In this document: piece by piece, positions 49,601-63,264 of the stretch
Layout of the letters: the number at the start of each line of letters is the position of its first letter
How positions within the stretch are numbered: position 1 is the first letter of the stretch
DNA from: Diadema antillarum
Taxonomy: Eukaryota
Length of the DNA: 64,000 nt
Direction: 5' to 3'
NCBI RefSeq assembly: GCF_040938485.1
Contig: NW_027271434.1
Location: 1,178,001 to 1,242,000 of the forward strand
Program-made: the position numbers and the translations under genes
The notes under the pieces: model-generated
Seen by the model: the letters and a program-made list of their open reading frames with translations, nothing else
Told to the model about the DNA's origin: nothing
The model's database searches: none

Positions 49601-51521
49601 GCATATTGCCTTATTGTTAAGAGATTTACAGGCTGAGAGAGAATTATAATAATCATCGTAATATATCACCAGTGGTTGGTGTACACCATGATGAGTTTCC
49701 AGAATAAGTTTTCTGTTCCGCTGGTGATATTTTTGACCAGCACGTAGACAACAGATTCCTTGAACACACACACACACACACACACCTATATATGTATGAG
49801 TTATATCACAGCTCAACACTGACTTTTTTCACTAGAGATGTTGTGGCCCAAAATAAATGGAAATATAGAATATCATTTTGGATTTTTGGAAATTTGGTGG
49901 CCCAACAACAAGTTTAGTGGTCCTGTGCCACCNNNNNNNNNNNNNNNNNNNNNNNNNNNNNNNNNNNNNNNNNNNNNNNNNNNNNNNNNNNNNNNNNNNN
50001 NNNNNNNNNNNNNNNNNNNNNNNNNNNNNNNNNNNNNNNNNNNNNNNNNNNNNNNNNNNNNNNNTACATATGGGTAATTGTGATGGTACAATGTAGTTTG
50101 ATGTCATACTTGCCTTAAAGTCCAGTCTCGGTTTTTGGATGGGGTAGAGCTTCAACTTTCAACTTTATTTCCATTTCCATTGATTAAACAAAGAAAATAA
50201 TATACAATACATTAACAGAACATACATGTATTTGTGACAATTTCAAAGAAAACGTATACATGTATGTGATCACGAGTAACAACAGGAATTCCTTTTCTAA
50301 GGTATATACAAATACATAATACAAAGACTAGAATGGAAATGGAGGGTCCCACCAAAAGGCAAAGCTTGTAGGGTAAAGTCCCTGTAGGGTAAAGAGCTGA
50401 CAAGTCCAGGTCACTTTTTTTTTTTCAATGATATTTTATTGATTTCATTCAAATCATTCATAAATCAACCCATTCTGGGTGTAACATGAACGTAGAACGG
50501 TACAAATGCCATTCAAAACACATGTCCATTATCAGCTTATACTGTGCGTACATAAGTGTGTACTTATACTGCCAATCATCTCTCTTCAACATAACTCGAT
50601 TATAAATCAATCCTACTGACCATTTCTTCACGAGGAAGTATTGACATGTACAAAAAAATATATATATATATATTCTTTGACTATACTTAATCATGTTACT
50701 CACACTCACAAGGGTTTATACATAAAAAGCAACAAAAATATGTTATACCAAACTAAAATGANNNNNNNNNNNNNNNNNNNNNNNNNNNNNNNNNNNNNNN
50801 NNNNNNNNNNNNNNNNNNNNNNNNNNNNNNNNNNNNNNNNNNNNNNNNNNNNNNNNNNNNNNNNNNNNNNNNNNNNNNNNNNNNNNNNNNNNNNNNNNNN
50901 NNNNNNNNNGCCTTTAACATCCACAGTCACAGTCCACCTAATACAGATCTTTTCCATAAACTAGATGTCTGTGGGGATAAATGATAGTGTTCTCCAATCT
51001 CACATTCACAACAGTCATGCATAAATACGGAGGTACACACAAAATGCCCTTTTGTTTGATGTAACAGATCTTTGTGAAAGTCCACGACATCGTAAATAGA
51101 TAATATATGTAGGTTGCAATATGATGCTAAGATAAATTTTGTGGATCTCAAGCTTTAGTTCAACTAAGAGAACATCATTTACCGGTGCATTAATTATCAT
51201 TGTATTATTGAAAAACGGCAAAAGTGTAATTAAACGAATACACTGTAGAACATTAAGGTTAAGCAGGGATCTTTAGATATGGAGAAGAAAATAATTTCAC
51301 TCCTTCAGTGTCATATTCATCACAATCTAGAAGTGGTGCAGAACTGCTACGTCACTGATATATTATAAGGACAATAAAGTGCTCTCACAGCAGAAAAGAC
51401 CACCTCTGCAGCCCTGCTGCAGTTATGGTTTCGATGATTTTTTTTCAATGTGCTGGCAACAATGAATGTGTGTGCTTTACATCGAAAAACAAACCAAATG
51501 CAGCGTTAAAAATACACTTAA

Positions 51522-52079
51522 AGGAAACAAAGCCCAAATATCAATGTGGATTTAGTGAAAGCAGCAACTTATTACTATATAGAACACATCAGGAACGTTT
51601 GAGGAAAATCGGACGATCAATGCAAAAGTCATGCATTTTTAAGGTTTTGGTGTTATAATGACTGTATAAGGAGAATATTAGAGTTTATGGCGTCATTATT
51701 GTGTGGACAACAATACAATGAATATAAAGAAGACTTCTTCAAAAATTAATTTTTCATGAAAATTACGCATTCCATCAATTTGTTACTGACATATGTTAAG
51801 GGTAATATCATTCCCCCTGCATTCTGAATGAGGTTAATCAGCCAAGTGCTCTTTCATTAAGCTAGAAAAGTGGAAGTATGTTGAACTTTCTTTAGATTTT
51901 CTTTATTATTGTTGTCCACACATGATATCATGAACGCTAGTTGTCTTATTATTCAGTCATTACATAGCACAAAAACTTTAAAAATTCATAACTTTTGCAT
52001 CAATTTTACTTTCACTGGTGTGTTCTAAATGTTGCTGCTTTCCTTCAATTCACATTGCCCTTTGGGTTATGGTTTTCCT
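51522..52079. mobile_element. Kolobok-like non-autonomous element
   Basis: TTAA|AGGAAA ... TTTCCT|TTAG; interior is homologous to the other Kolobok-like copies. Confidence 0.7.
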
Positions 52080-53272
52080 TTAGCTACTAAAGCAGAAAAT
52101 CACGCTAAAACACACTCAAGTGGAATACTTTATCTGATACTATAGATTGATTTCAACCCCGGTGCAAAAAGTATTTAAATGTGCTCATAATGGGGAAAAA
52201 CATTATATTTTTAATGGCGCATTATAGGGTCAAGGAGAACAGATATATGACCCAAATCTTTCCTATATAAGCTGTTCCAAACAAGGCCAGGATTCCATTC
52301 AAAATTCAAAATTTAAAGAATTTCGGGGCGGAACAGCTCTCTCTTGAGACCTAGGATGCGACGCTTTATCATCTGCTTGGAGAGATCAATGATTTACATC
52401 GAGTATAGAAGCGCCGGCAGTTGAGACGCAGGGTATATTGACCTCGGCGAATGCAAGTTGATTAATATGACCCACTTCACAAAAACTAATGACTATCTGG
52501 TGAGGGCTAGGTCACTTGGATACACCATCGATATGATATTACATCAATGGCAGACCTACTGATTCTGGTAGTAGATACTCTTTGGTAGAGATTTATCAGC
52601 AGAAGACGAAAATAAGTAGCAGTGCTCTTTGGTGGGTGGTGGAGTGCCGATAAACCTCTTTGAGGGAGACACGTACCTCCCTCCGCGCGCGTTTTAGTGC
52701 GCTGTTTTTAAGTGGCGCGCGGAATTGAATCGACCCGCCGAGCCGTGCATGCCGAGTATGATAGCAGAGCATTGCACCACCACTGGCCACCACCTGCCAT
52801 ACCACCACCGCACCTGTCAGTGCACAGTGACCTCCTGTCCCTGTGTATGTACCTGCACCATTCAAAACCGCACATTCAACACTCGTAGAAAGTCGTACCA
52901 TCCAGAGAGTTTTGAAGTGTATCTGTTCGAGTGAGTTACCATTTTGTATTTATATTTCATGTGTCTGTTGTAGTCTGACGATGACCTTCCAGTTGGTGAC
53001 AGCCCGGTGGAGCTAGGCCTAGTTTCCTAGTCATACCGCCCGACCGGTAATAATGACGTTTAATGTCCTTAGTCCCATGCTGGCCGTGGCCGGCCGTACG
53101 TCGTTATGCCCAGGCCCAGGCCATGGTGTAAACATTAATACCCCTCCGGCCTCCGGCCTTGTGAACCCCTACCTAGTTCTAGTCATTGTATTTAATTTGA
53201 TTAGATGAGCATTAGTTAGAGCCATGCAAAACGATTCTTGCCTTAAAAATCAGATTTCTGTGGCTATTCCTA

Positions 53273-53942
53273 AGCCCGCCGCACACTAACATGCTAGATC
53301 TACACGATTTTGCCCCGATTCACCGGTCTTAAGACCTTAAGACTAGAAGTGTGACGTCACAGTCTTGCCATTTTCTAGTCGTACGACTGGGTCTTAGCGC
53401 CAGTCGTAGAGATTTGACATGTTGAATTTCTACGACTGGTCGTAGGCTTTCAGCCATTCACAATGCAGTAAAATGCAGGCGCATGCAGTGCGCAGTGCAC
53501 GCGCTTTACAGTCGGGTCGTATAGACCGATTCTGTGACGCGCTATGTGTATTTTTGGCATGGGCAGCGCCATTAACGCGGTGTCTTAGCCGACCCCCCCA
53601 TCTCTCTCCCCCACCCCCTTCCGCGCGCCGAATGAAAAACTGATGCATGGTCGTTTTAGCCAATAGGCCTCTCGTACTGAGTGCGCGAACGCTTGCTTAG
53701 TGCGCGAACCTTTGTTACAAGTGCGCGATAAACATGTTGCCCAGGGGTGGGGGAGAGGAGGGGGGGTTGGCTAAGACACCTCAAAATGAGCTCATGGCTG
53801 CGCCCAGTGCCACAAATTGTCTGCTGCCCTCAACGAACCCGAATCGGTCTATAGTGTGCGGTGTCCGGTCGTACGACTGGTCTTAAGACCCAGCTTGGCT
53901 GAAGACTTAAGACCAGTCTGATCGTGTAGTGTGCGGTGGCCT
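53273..53942. mobile_element. Harbinger-like non-autonomous element with long internal inverted repeats
   Basis: TIRs AG(C/G)CC(G/A)CCGCACACTA; flanks CTA / TTA. Confidence 0.65.
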
Positions 53943-54361
53943 TTAGATCTACAAAGATACCTTGAATTTAGTGACAGTTGAAATCGTGTCAATTAGATAT
54001 GTGGCAAGTGGGTTTGTTGTTGCTTTCTATTCTAATTTGAGATTTTTCACTAGTACTAGTCTAGGGCATCCTACTCTTCAAAGGGGAAGATACCCGATAC
54101 ACAGCAAAAACATATCTATCAAAGTTTGAAGAAAAAAAACTTAGGACAACCAATTTAAATGTAATGAATTTAAGTGTTAAGTTTTGATACTGCCATCATT
54201 GGATTAGGAGTAACTACGACCAGCAGCCCCATACGCATATACGTATTGGGCTGCTGGTCGTAGTTAGATTAAATAACTACATTTGTCATTGTTTGTATAG
54301 CTAAGTAGTTTATGATGTCACTTACGAAAAACAGTAGGTACTACTGGTATTTATGTGACTA

Positions 54362-54568
54362 CTGTAAAATGAGAAATTTTCGCGTGCATTTTAATTTCGC
54401 GAATTTCGCGAGCGTCGAAATTCGCGAAATTAAAATGCACGCGAAAGTTTTTGTCTACACTACATGCATTGAACGCCAGTAGCAGTTCGCGAAAATTTCA
54501 TGCCACAAAAAAGGCTGTCGGCTCCAATTCGCGAAAATTTCATGCCGCGAATATATCATGTTTTACAG
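54362..54568. mobile_element. CTGTAAAA-family MITE (TA TSD)
   Basis: TA|CTGTAAAA...TTCGCGAA-rich palindromes...TTTTACAG|TA. Confidence 0.85.
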
Positions 54569-54999
54569 TATATAATTAAAGAACATAGAAAGAAAATTAA
54601 ACACATTTTTTCTTTTCTCACCTAATAAAGAGCACTTGACCTGCCTGTTCCAGATTTCGCAGAGAATATTACCCAATGTTGTTTTTTCCGTGTTTTTTCC
54701 GTGCTTTTCCGTGTTTTTTCCGTGTTAATTTTATTGTCTCAGAGATGGTCTGAATATTACAAAGGAAATAGAAAATGAGACTAAAATGTCCAAGTAACAG
54801 CAGAAAAGCTTGCTGTCATGCAGACAATTCTTAAAAGTGTTGTACTATATTTGTTGGTCATTTTCCATGAGTACTGTATATTAAATTGATGTTTTGTAAT
54901 GTCCCCCCCCCTCCCCCCCCCCCCCCCCCCCTCTGTACACAAAATTTGTTGGTAGCCACCTCAAGAAGCCTCAGCATACTGGGCAGCATACACTGCAAA

Positions 55000-57310
55000 A
55001 TGTCTTCCCGCCCTCTAAAAATCTATTTCTGTGGAAGCATCCGGGGCGGCAGGCAGGATGCAGAGCTCTACGCCAAAATCATCAAGCAACTGGAGCATTA
55101 CGGCAAGGTTCTGACCGAGCATGTTGGCCACAAGGATGCTGCTGTCACATGTAAGTGGAATAGATGATAACCTGCAGACCTAGCAAAACATAGACCCTCT
55201 GATTGAGGCCACTCAGGCCAGTGCTGTTGGAAAAATTTGAGTCTCCTGATTTGATATACCTGACTAATGAATTCATGTGTTTTGTGTTACTGGTTTCTAC
55301 CCAAAGTAGCATCTTCAAAATAGATGACAGTAACAGTGTATACATCTTGTGACTGTGGTAAGCATATTGATTTTTGTAGGAACACCAGAGCTCCTCAAAA
55401 TGGATGGATGCATATTACAAAATAAACACTGAGTTTATGAATAAGAAATGAATAAAGAGACCATTTACATGTTGTACCCCTGGTGTTTCACATCGTACCT
55501 GCATCATTATATTACAGTAGTATGTTTTGATACCATTTGCTTTACTTGCAGCCAAAACGGATGTGGAGATCTACGAGCAAGACATGGAGTGGCTTGAGGA
55601 CTCTGATGGTGAGACAAATCTTACGTCACCTACTCTCTAAAAAAAATTGAGTGAAAATATTCACTCTTGAAGGAGTGAATACAAAAAAGAGTGAATTCAG
55701 AGTGAAATTGGAGTGAATTTAGAGTGAAAATTTTCATTTTCACTCATTTTGGAGTGACCTCAGGGATCACTCGAAGATTTTGGAGTGATCCCTGACGTCA
55801 CTCTAAAACAAGTGAAAATGAACATTTTCACTCTAAATTCACTCTAAATTCACTCTTTTTTGTATTCACTCCTTCAAGAGTGAATATTTTCACTCAATTT
55901 TTTTAGAGAGTATGGCTTTAATTAACTCTCATTTGACCTTACTATGCAGACATGTAGTACAGGCTCATAATGGGGGTGGGGGTGGGAAGTGTTCAGGGGT
56001 TCCGCAAAATGTCTGCATATTAAGACACACTCTGTATTGGACACACTAATTAGAAATACTAGTATGTTAGCCAATTATAATGCAGAGACTATACTTAACA
56101 TACCAAACTCTAATAAACAAATTATTCTTGTCATTGCCATATTGCGAGAGTGCATGCTAATGAAACTGTAAACTAAGAAAAAATGGAAAAAAGCAGCAAA
56201 AGACAGAATAGATCAATCCCAATGAATTGATGCTACACTTTTGTATTTCAAGCTGGACCTAACTCCTTGCTTATAATAACTTATATGATTTTTTTTCCGT
56301 CCCCCCCCCCAAAAAAAAAAAAAAAAAAATCATAGAGATTGAAAGAAAACAAAAGATAATAAAGATGAATATGGTAAAATTTACTTCTGTTATATCTTGG
56401 TCATTCAGTATAAGTGTAATTCATAAATGTAATCACATGTTAGTTTCCAGTTCATGATTATCTCGGTGCATCACCATTTATTTCACCACCAGCTGTTGTG
56501 GCAGAGGTGACACAGACGTCAATGGGAGTCGGCTTTGAATTAGGGCGAGCAGTGGCATGGAACAAGAGGGTCCTGTGCCTCTTCAGACCTGGAGATGACA
56601 GACGTGAGTCAAATGAGTTACTGGTACTTTCTCTGAGCTAGGATCACAACTGGATTCAGTTACATCCACTCAATAGCAATGTTTATTATGATTTATCGCT
56701 TGAGGAGAATAGATCAAATTTTCATTCAACTAATGTCCAGAAAAGAAGCATAGGAGACAAGTTTTGGTGTCTGTCTGAAGGAATTTTTAGGGGCATTTGA
56801 GACTTTATGGCTGATCTTCATATTTTCATGTATTACTTGAATATGACTGATGGTATGTAGAGTGCAGAAATATTGTAGTCAAGCATATTTATTGCAAATC
56901 TGCAGTTGTGATTTTGGTCTAGAAGTGAATTCGAAAGATATCTCTTCAAGTAGAGTGTATTTCATCATCAATATAGTTAATACAGATCTACTTTTAAAGC
57001 ATTGAAAGTCTATGGAGTATCTCTTCTATGATGTATGGTGTAAACTACATTTATTTGAAGAATGGTTTCAAAATTTTGCTCTTAGTTTACTGTATATTTG
57101 TTGATATTTTACCTTCCAGAATAACTTTTATGAAACCCCAGTATTTGGAACATTCCTTGTGTTTTATTCAACCCATCTGTCACTGTCTTTGTTTCACTCG
57201 CAGGATTATCGGCCATGGTGCGAGGGGCACACGACGGGAAAAATTTCCTGGTAAAAGATTACAAGGAGGAAGATGTCCCAGGCCTCCTCAAAGAATTCTT
57301 TGGCTACTAG
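55000..57310 (+). CDS. DNPH1: 2'-deoxynucleoside 5'-phosphate N-hydrolase 1 (RCL), 141 aa
   Basis: Exons 55000-55150 (IYFCGSIRGGRQD...GKVLTEHVG), 55552-55608 (IYEQDMEWL), 56493-56603 (VVAEVTQTSMGVGFELGRA...VLCLFRP) and 57204-57310 (LSAMVRGA). All GT-AG, 426 nt in frame. Confidence 0.96.
55633..55910. mobile_element. Foldback element of GAGTGAA-rich arms (EnSpm/CMC-like termini, TA flanks) in DNPH1 intron 2
   Basis: TA|CTCTCTAAAAAAAATTGAGTGAAAATATTCACTCTTGAAGGAGTGAATACAAAAAAGAGTGAAT... and its near-exact reverse complement ending ...TTTTAGAGAG|TA. Confidence 0.8.
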
Positions 57311-60300
57311 TCGGCAGGAGTCAAAAACCACTTTCAAGATTGCCAAAGTCTTCCACATCCTTTTTCATCCTGTGAGGGGAAAGTCTTCTCCCAAAAATGC
57401 ATTTATCAGTGGGCAAGTCAATGCCTGAATGTGATGAGATTGTGGGTAAAACAGCAGGGAATGATTTTCCAACTCAAATTTTATTAGCAGTTTCAGCTAA
57501 TAAACAATATTTCAAAATAGCATCCTGCACACTTCTATGAAAGAAAACTGCTACACAAAAATTAGTTTGTGTAGCAGTGGTGTAAAAGTGCATAGCAAAC
57601 TGCGATGCGATACCAGGAAAATTATTCCCTGAACAGACAACTAGAATCAGAAGGCTTGTGGATGTGATTTCTCTATCATTGAACATTCCTTTAATTTCTT
57701 TGTTTTACTTGTACTATACAGTCTATTGATTTTGATTACTCTTACTGCAAAGGTATGCCACATATCAATCAACTATTGGCTGTAAGAAAAAAAGTAAGTT
57801 AACATGGTATTTAAACTAGTTATTCCATGAGAAGGGAGGACAAAATAAAAATGATACAGGGTATGCAATGATATGATGAATTGAATCATACCTTTGTTTT
57901 GGTAACCATGAATTAATATACACTCTCACACATCATTACAGTGTACCAGTAAATTGTAACAAAATTATGATTAATCTGCCAGCTGTAGTAGGTCTACATT
58001 TGACAGTGTACTGGATTTGTGTTATCACCCTTACTGCCAAAAAAGATCTGTTAAAGATGATTTACCTGGATGCCAGACTGTGTAGTAGAGGTAGGCATTC
58101 TGTGTACTCAAGGCTGCAAGATGTGTGAAATTAGCACATTCCCAGATATGATGTATTTTCATTACAAATTGTAGTGGATTGGTTTTAACACTGTCGGGCA
58201 GCTCATTCCAATGTAGACAGGCATAGTTATAGTATTTCATTTGCAATCAGATCAATATTATATTTATACCTCCTACAGAACCATCATGCCATCCAACAGC
58301 GCTCTCTTGAGTCCCCATTCCATGTGTCTTTAAATTGTGGAGAAGGAAGGTCAAAAGATGATCTATGAACTAGGCAAAAATAAATACAATGTACACACAT
58401 ACGAAGATGCCACACTTTGCACACTTATACATACACTTGCAGCCGCAGAAGCAGTCGCAGACAGTTCAGGGGGCTTGAGTATATGGCAGATATTTGTGTG
58501 TAACGTATATGGTGATAAACGAGTGTGTGAATGCAACCCCCTCATTTTTTATACCTGTACATACAGATATGTATAAGTTCATCTTATTTTCTTCAAACCA
58601 ACTTCTTCAATTCATAGGTTATCATACAAAGCGTACTGACAATGAGCTATCTGTTTCATAATACATTGTAATTTGTTTTTCAAGATTTGAGACACATTTA
58701 CTAGGTACATGTATATGTAGTGATAGGTTAGGCATTGGTGTCCAAAAGTCAGCAATAGTTATTTGGTAAACAATTACCACTTTCCTTCTATGTCCCACAC
58801 TTTGCTGATGATTTCCTATTCACTGTTGAGCTATGCCTTATATTTGAAAAGTTGACAATTTACGGTTGATCAGTAATTAATATTTTGCATGGTAAATCTT
58901 TGTTTATTGCAGAGGAAGTAAGCATTTCTGATTTCTCAGGATTACAGTCATGAGTTGTTTAGTATTACATGTTGTACATGTATCACATATGGGTCATGCT
59001 TGGATGTATGACAATGTCAGTGATTAGTGAAGGCTTTTCAAATCATATATGCAGCATTGACGAAAAGCATTTAAAGAAAATTAGCAATATCTTCAATCAA
59101 TAACTTCACATTTGAGATGTTTGTAAACCTATTCAGTACAAAAGACTGCCTCTATAGTGTCATCTTGCAATAACTGAACAAGTTGTTGACTGAAAATTGT
59201 GTATGGTTTCAGTGTAATTACGTTGTATGTTGCTGAACTAACAGTGTGTGAGTAGTGTTCAAGTATGCAATGTAGTTTGAATAAGACACTTTATGCTTCA
59301 AATTCCAGCATGAAAGTACACTAGCTCTTGCACAGTTGTATATCTTGCTCACATACAAAGTTTAACTTCTCATTGGAGTGTAGCAATTTGCACTTCTACA
59401 GTACTTCTTCAGTACAATTGAATGATTGTCATGATGCTTATTTTTAGAAAAATTCAGAAAAAAAAAAACCCTGGGGTCAGTCTTGCACAGAAATTAACAT
59501 ATTTTGTACTGACTACTAGGCACTTGTGTAGAATAGCATTACAAGTGCAAATGATGATCAAAATATGTATTTTACCAGACATTTTAATCGTCTTTTTTTA
59601 ATCCCCAAAGCACTGTTACTGAGCATTAGAAAGACTGTGAGAGAGAAAAAAGTGAAAGCTGAAGGAAAAAAAAAAGACTTCAAAAAATGATCATCATTTG
59701 TCAATGACAGAATTTTTGGTACATGTACAAGCTGCTACAACTCTTTGTCATGAAAGTTTGTGAAATAGGACAGCTTCTAAACCGGCTCACAGATTTGGCT
59801 CTCTCACAACTAACCAACTAAACTGCTGTAGATGTCAGTACTACTGTACTTAAAAGTTATACGTGTAGTCTACAAGGGGTAAACATGGTTTCTTGTTTGA
59901 CCTCTGCTGATGTACAGAATACAACACTTTACGAGTCAAATACAGCAGTTCTTGATGTTTTCATGTATGTCCAATCTTTATTGTTCATATCAATGCAACA
60001 TGATTTGTACACTGGAACAAAAGATTTGTTAAAATGGCTTTGCTAAGATAAAAAAATGATGAATAAAACAGAAATCTGCACATTCATTGCTCTTTGTTAT
60101 TTTGTCAATTCCAAACTACATATACTCAGTCACACATCCATGAGAAAGAAAAAAAACACATTGTCATCAACATTTCAGCTTGTGGTGAACGGACATTTTG
60201 TGAATGTGGTGTAACAAAGCAGGAAAGAATATAACGTTTGTTCTCATAGTCATGACACCAGTTTATCAGAACGGTTAGGAAGTAACTCTCATTTCTTTTA

Positions 60301-60551
60301 TATGAAAAATCTCCAGTCTTCCAAAGTTTTTTTGCTTGCTTCTTTTAGTTTTGTTTGTTTTACTAAATGCTTGCCTAAGAATTCCAGATAGTGCATGTCT
60401 AAATTGGGGTAAATGGTTATAACATGGTTACATCCACAGACTTATCAAAAACAAACCAGAAAACTGTCCATGATTCGGGCATCTGTGGTTTGTGACATCA
60501 TAACTTCGTTTCTGAAGAAATCTTTCAAGGATTTGACAGTATTAGGCAATA

Positions 60552-61085
60552 CAGTGCACTCCCGTTACAACGAACACGGTTATAACGAAATTTCGTTATA
60601 ACGAAGTAAATCTTCTGGTCCCAAAATTATCACCATTAAAGTCTATGGTACAAAATTCGCTTATAACGAACACGGTTATAGCGAAATTTCCGTTATAACG
60701 AAGTCTTTTCTGAGCGCCACACACAAAGAAAAACAAAAGTAATGTGCTCCGTCATAACGAAATGAGAATTGCTTTCGAAAATACGTAGCGGAACAAGCAT
60801 ATATAGCGTCTCTGCATGGGTGAACGCTTCACACCACTGTGTATTCGCTCCTTGTGTCACGCACAGTTTCTGAGGGGAACTTGCGTTTATTATTTTAATA
60901 CAGTTATCCCATCATATTTCACATAGCTTTCCAGTGTATGATGACTATTCAGCAAACAGAATATGATGTATATACGTGGTTTCCTTGTTTTCGTTATATA
61001 TTGTATTGTTCAGTTATAACGAAATTTCGTTATAACGAAAGAAAAGTGCCGGTCCCAAGCATTTCGTTATAACGGGAGTGCACTG
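60552..61085. mobile_element. pogo/Tigger-like MITE with TA TSD
   Basis: TA|CAGTGCACTCCCGTTA(C/T)AACGAA ... TTCGTTATAACGGGAGTGCACTG|TA; subterminal TTATAACGAA repeats. Confidence 0.9.
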
Positions 61086-62747
61086 TATAACTCGATTTTA
61101 CAAATACATTTATAATATACAAAAGTGCAAACTAGAATTATGTCCACACAGGGCGGCATAGGGATAGATGTATTACATAACCAGGATAAAGATGGTAAAC
61201 ATGGACTTTGACTTAAACCCTTCGTGAATTCTTGGTCACACACTAAACACTCCTGGTAAAAATATAGCATTGTGTACCACAAGTTAAACATCTCGTGCTC
61301 AATATCCGTACATTTCCACCAGAAAGAAACTCAAAGTTCACCATTTTAATCTATTTAATCTTCCTATCAGATTATTTCATTTGCATGTTCAGCACAAACC
61401 ATCTGGCCTGAAACAATAATTTCACACTGGTGGCAGTGATTCTGAACTTGAAGAACCATGTAGTACAAAACTTACATTCAACTTGCAGCCTTATCGCTTC
61501 CATAAACCAACAAAAAGCAACAAGGTTCTAATACACTTGACCATGAAACACACATTGCTGTTATTATGCCCAAAGAATCAAACAATTGCTGCGATGTCCA
61601 ATATTTCCCTATAAGTCATCATGAAACAAGTCTTCCATGTTTTGTTTTGTTTTTCAAATTACATATGTAATTTATGAACTCTCTTTTTTAAACTATATTT
61701 CTGTGGTGGGAAGGGGGGACTGTTGAGCCTTTTCATGCAATTATTTTTCAAAGATACTGCACAGTGTATACGGTAACAAAAACTTTGGAGTCCTTTAATA
61801 ATGTACATGCGTATATGGGGGAAGTATTTGAATGGTATATAATATTAATCAGATTTCATTGTCATGGTATAAACTGTGACAAAATACAAGCATAAATGTG
61901 TATTTCTACCATCCCTCAAAGGGAATCATACTATCCACTAGTACACTGTCAAATATACCAATGGAGTTTTCATCCACTGCATAATGGGCAGACATCAATT
62001 TGGAAAAGTCTAGACTTGTATCTTTGTCTGTGTCAATATTGCGATTAAGCTGAATAGCAATGCTAAACATTTGCAGCAGCATATAAAAAGGATAATTTCC
62101 ACAATGTACAGATCTGTAATAAAAGAAAAAAAAAATCACTCAAATGCATTGCACAGTACGAGGACAGCCGACCTCTATAACAATCCACTAGTACAAATGT
62201 GGATGATACGGCTAGACCTGTTAATAAGAACAAAAAGGTGTATTAAAAGGTATACACTATTTACATATATATTACGTACCCTCAATCTTTATGAATGTGT
62301 GAAAAAGAATACTGTTGAAAAGTACATTTGTATAATTGAAAAGACAGCAATAACACACAATAAATGGTAAGCTTTGTTTGAAACACTTCTTAAAATTGAA
62401 ATGACATATAGATGCCAATCAAGACATCTGATCGAAAGTAGTATTTTATGTAATGTACCATTTCAGACAGATGCAAGCCACTAAAATTGAGTGATATAAA
62501 TAATTGAGGGTCATATACAAACATATTCATGCATATGTCAGTGCCCAATTATCAACAGCTGATATTTGTCAAACACCAATATTGTCCAAGATATTTGGTG
62601 CTATTGTCCCAAGAGGCATTTTCTCTGCCATGGATGTCAGCAAATTGTGCTGTTTGTTCTTATTTTTTGTAAATAAAGTAAAATGCTAGTTTGATACTCA
62701 TGTGTCAATAGCTGAAGTCTACTTGGCAGCAGATAGTCCAGTTAATA

Positions 62748-63264
62748 CTGTAAAATTAGAAATTTTTGCATGTATTTTCAATTTCACGAATTTGCCATGA
62801 ACTGGAAAATGAAAATGCATGTGAGAGTTCTTGTCTACACATTGACCTGAATTCATGTAGGTGGTACAAATGAAACCATGGACAAAAACCACGGAGCGCC
62901 AAGTGTCGCACGGAATATTTCTTTACGAAATTGGTCATTTCTTCGACAAAATGACCGCTTCGTTAATGAAATTATCATTCCATGGACGAAATGTTCATTT
63001 AGTTACAAAATGTTGTCATTTCGTTACAAAATAATAATTTCATCATCGAAATGACTGATTTCTTAACGAAATATTCAATTCGGCAGTTGGCGCTCTATGA
63101 TTTTTGTTCATGGTTTAAATCATGGTTTCGTTTGTACCATCTTCGTGAATTTGGACCTATGTGCATTAAATGCCAGTGGAAATTCACCAAAATATCATGC
63201 AGAGAAAAAGCGGCTGGCTCCGATTCGCAAAAATTTCATGCCACAAAAATTTCATGCTTTACAG
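62748..63264. mobile_element. CTGTAAAA-family MITE with an internal foldback segment
   Basis: TA|CTGTAAAA ... TTTACAG|TA; ~62890-63100 is itself an imperfect inverted repeat of CGAAAT-rich units. Confidence 0.65.

Noticed and set aside
4483-50909. Five N runs (4483-4616, 9453-9587, 19572-19699, 49933-50064, 50762-50909) and ORFs spanning them
   Set aside because: Assembly gaps, mostly beside simple repeats; ORFs crossing them are artefacts.
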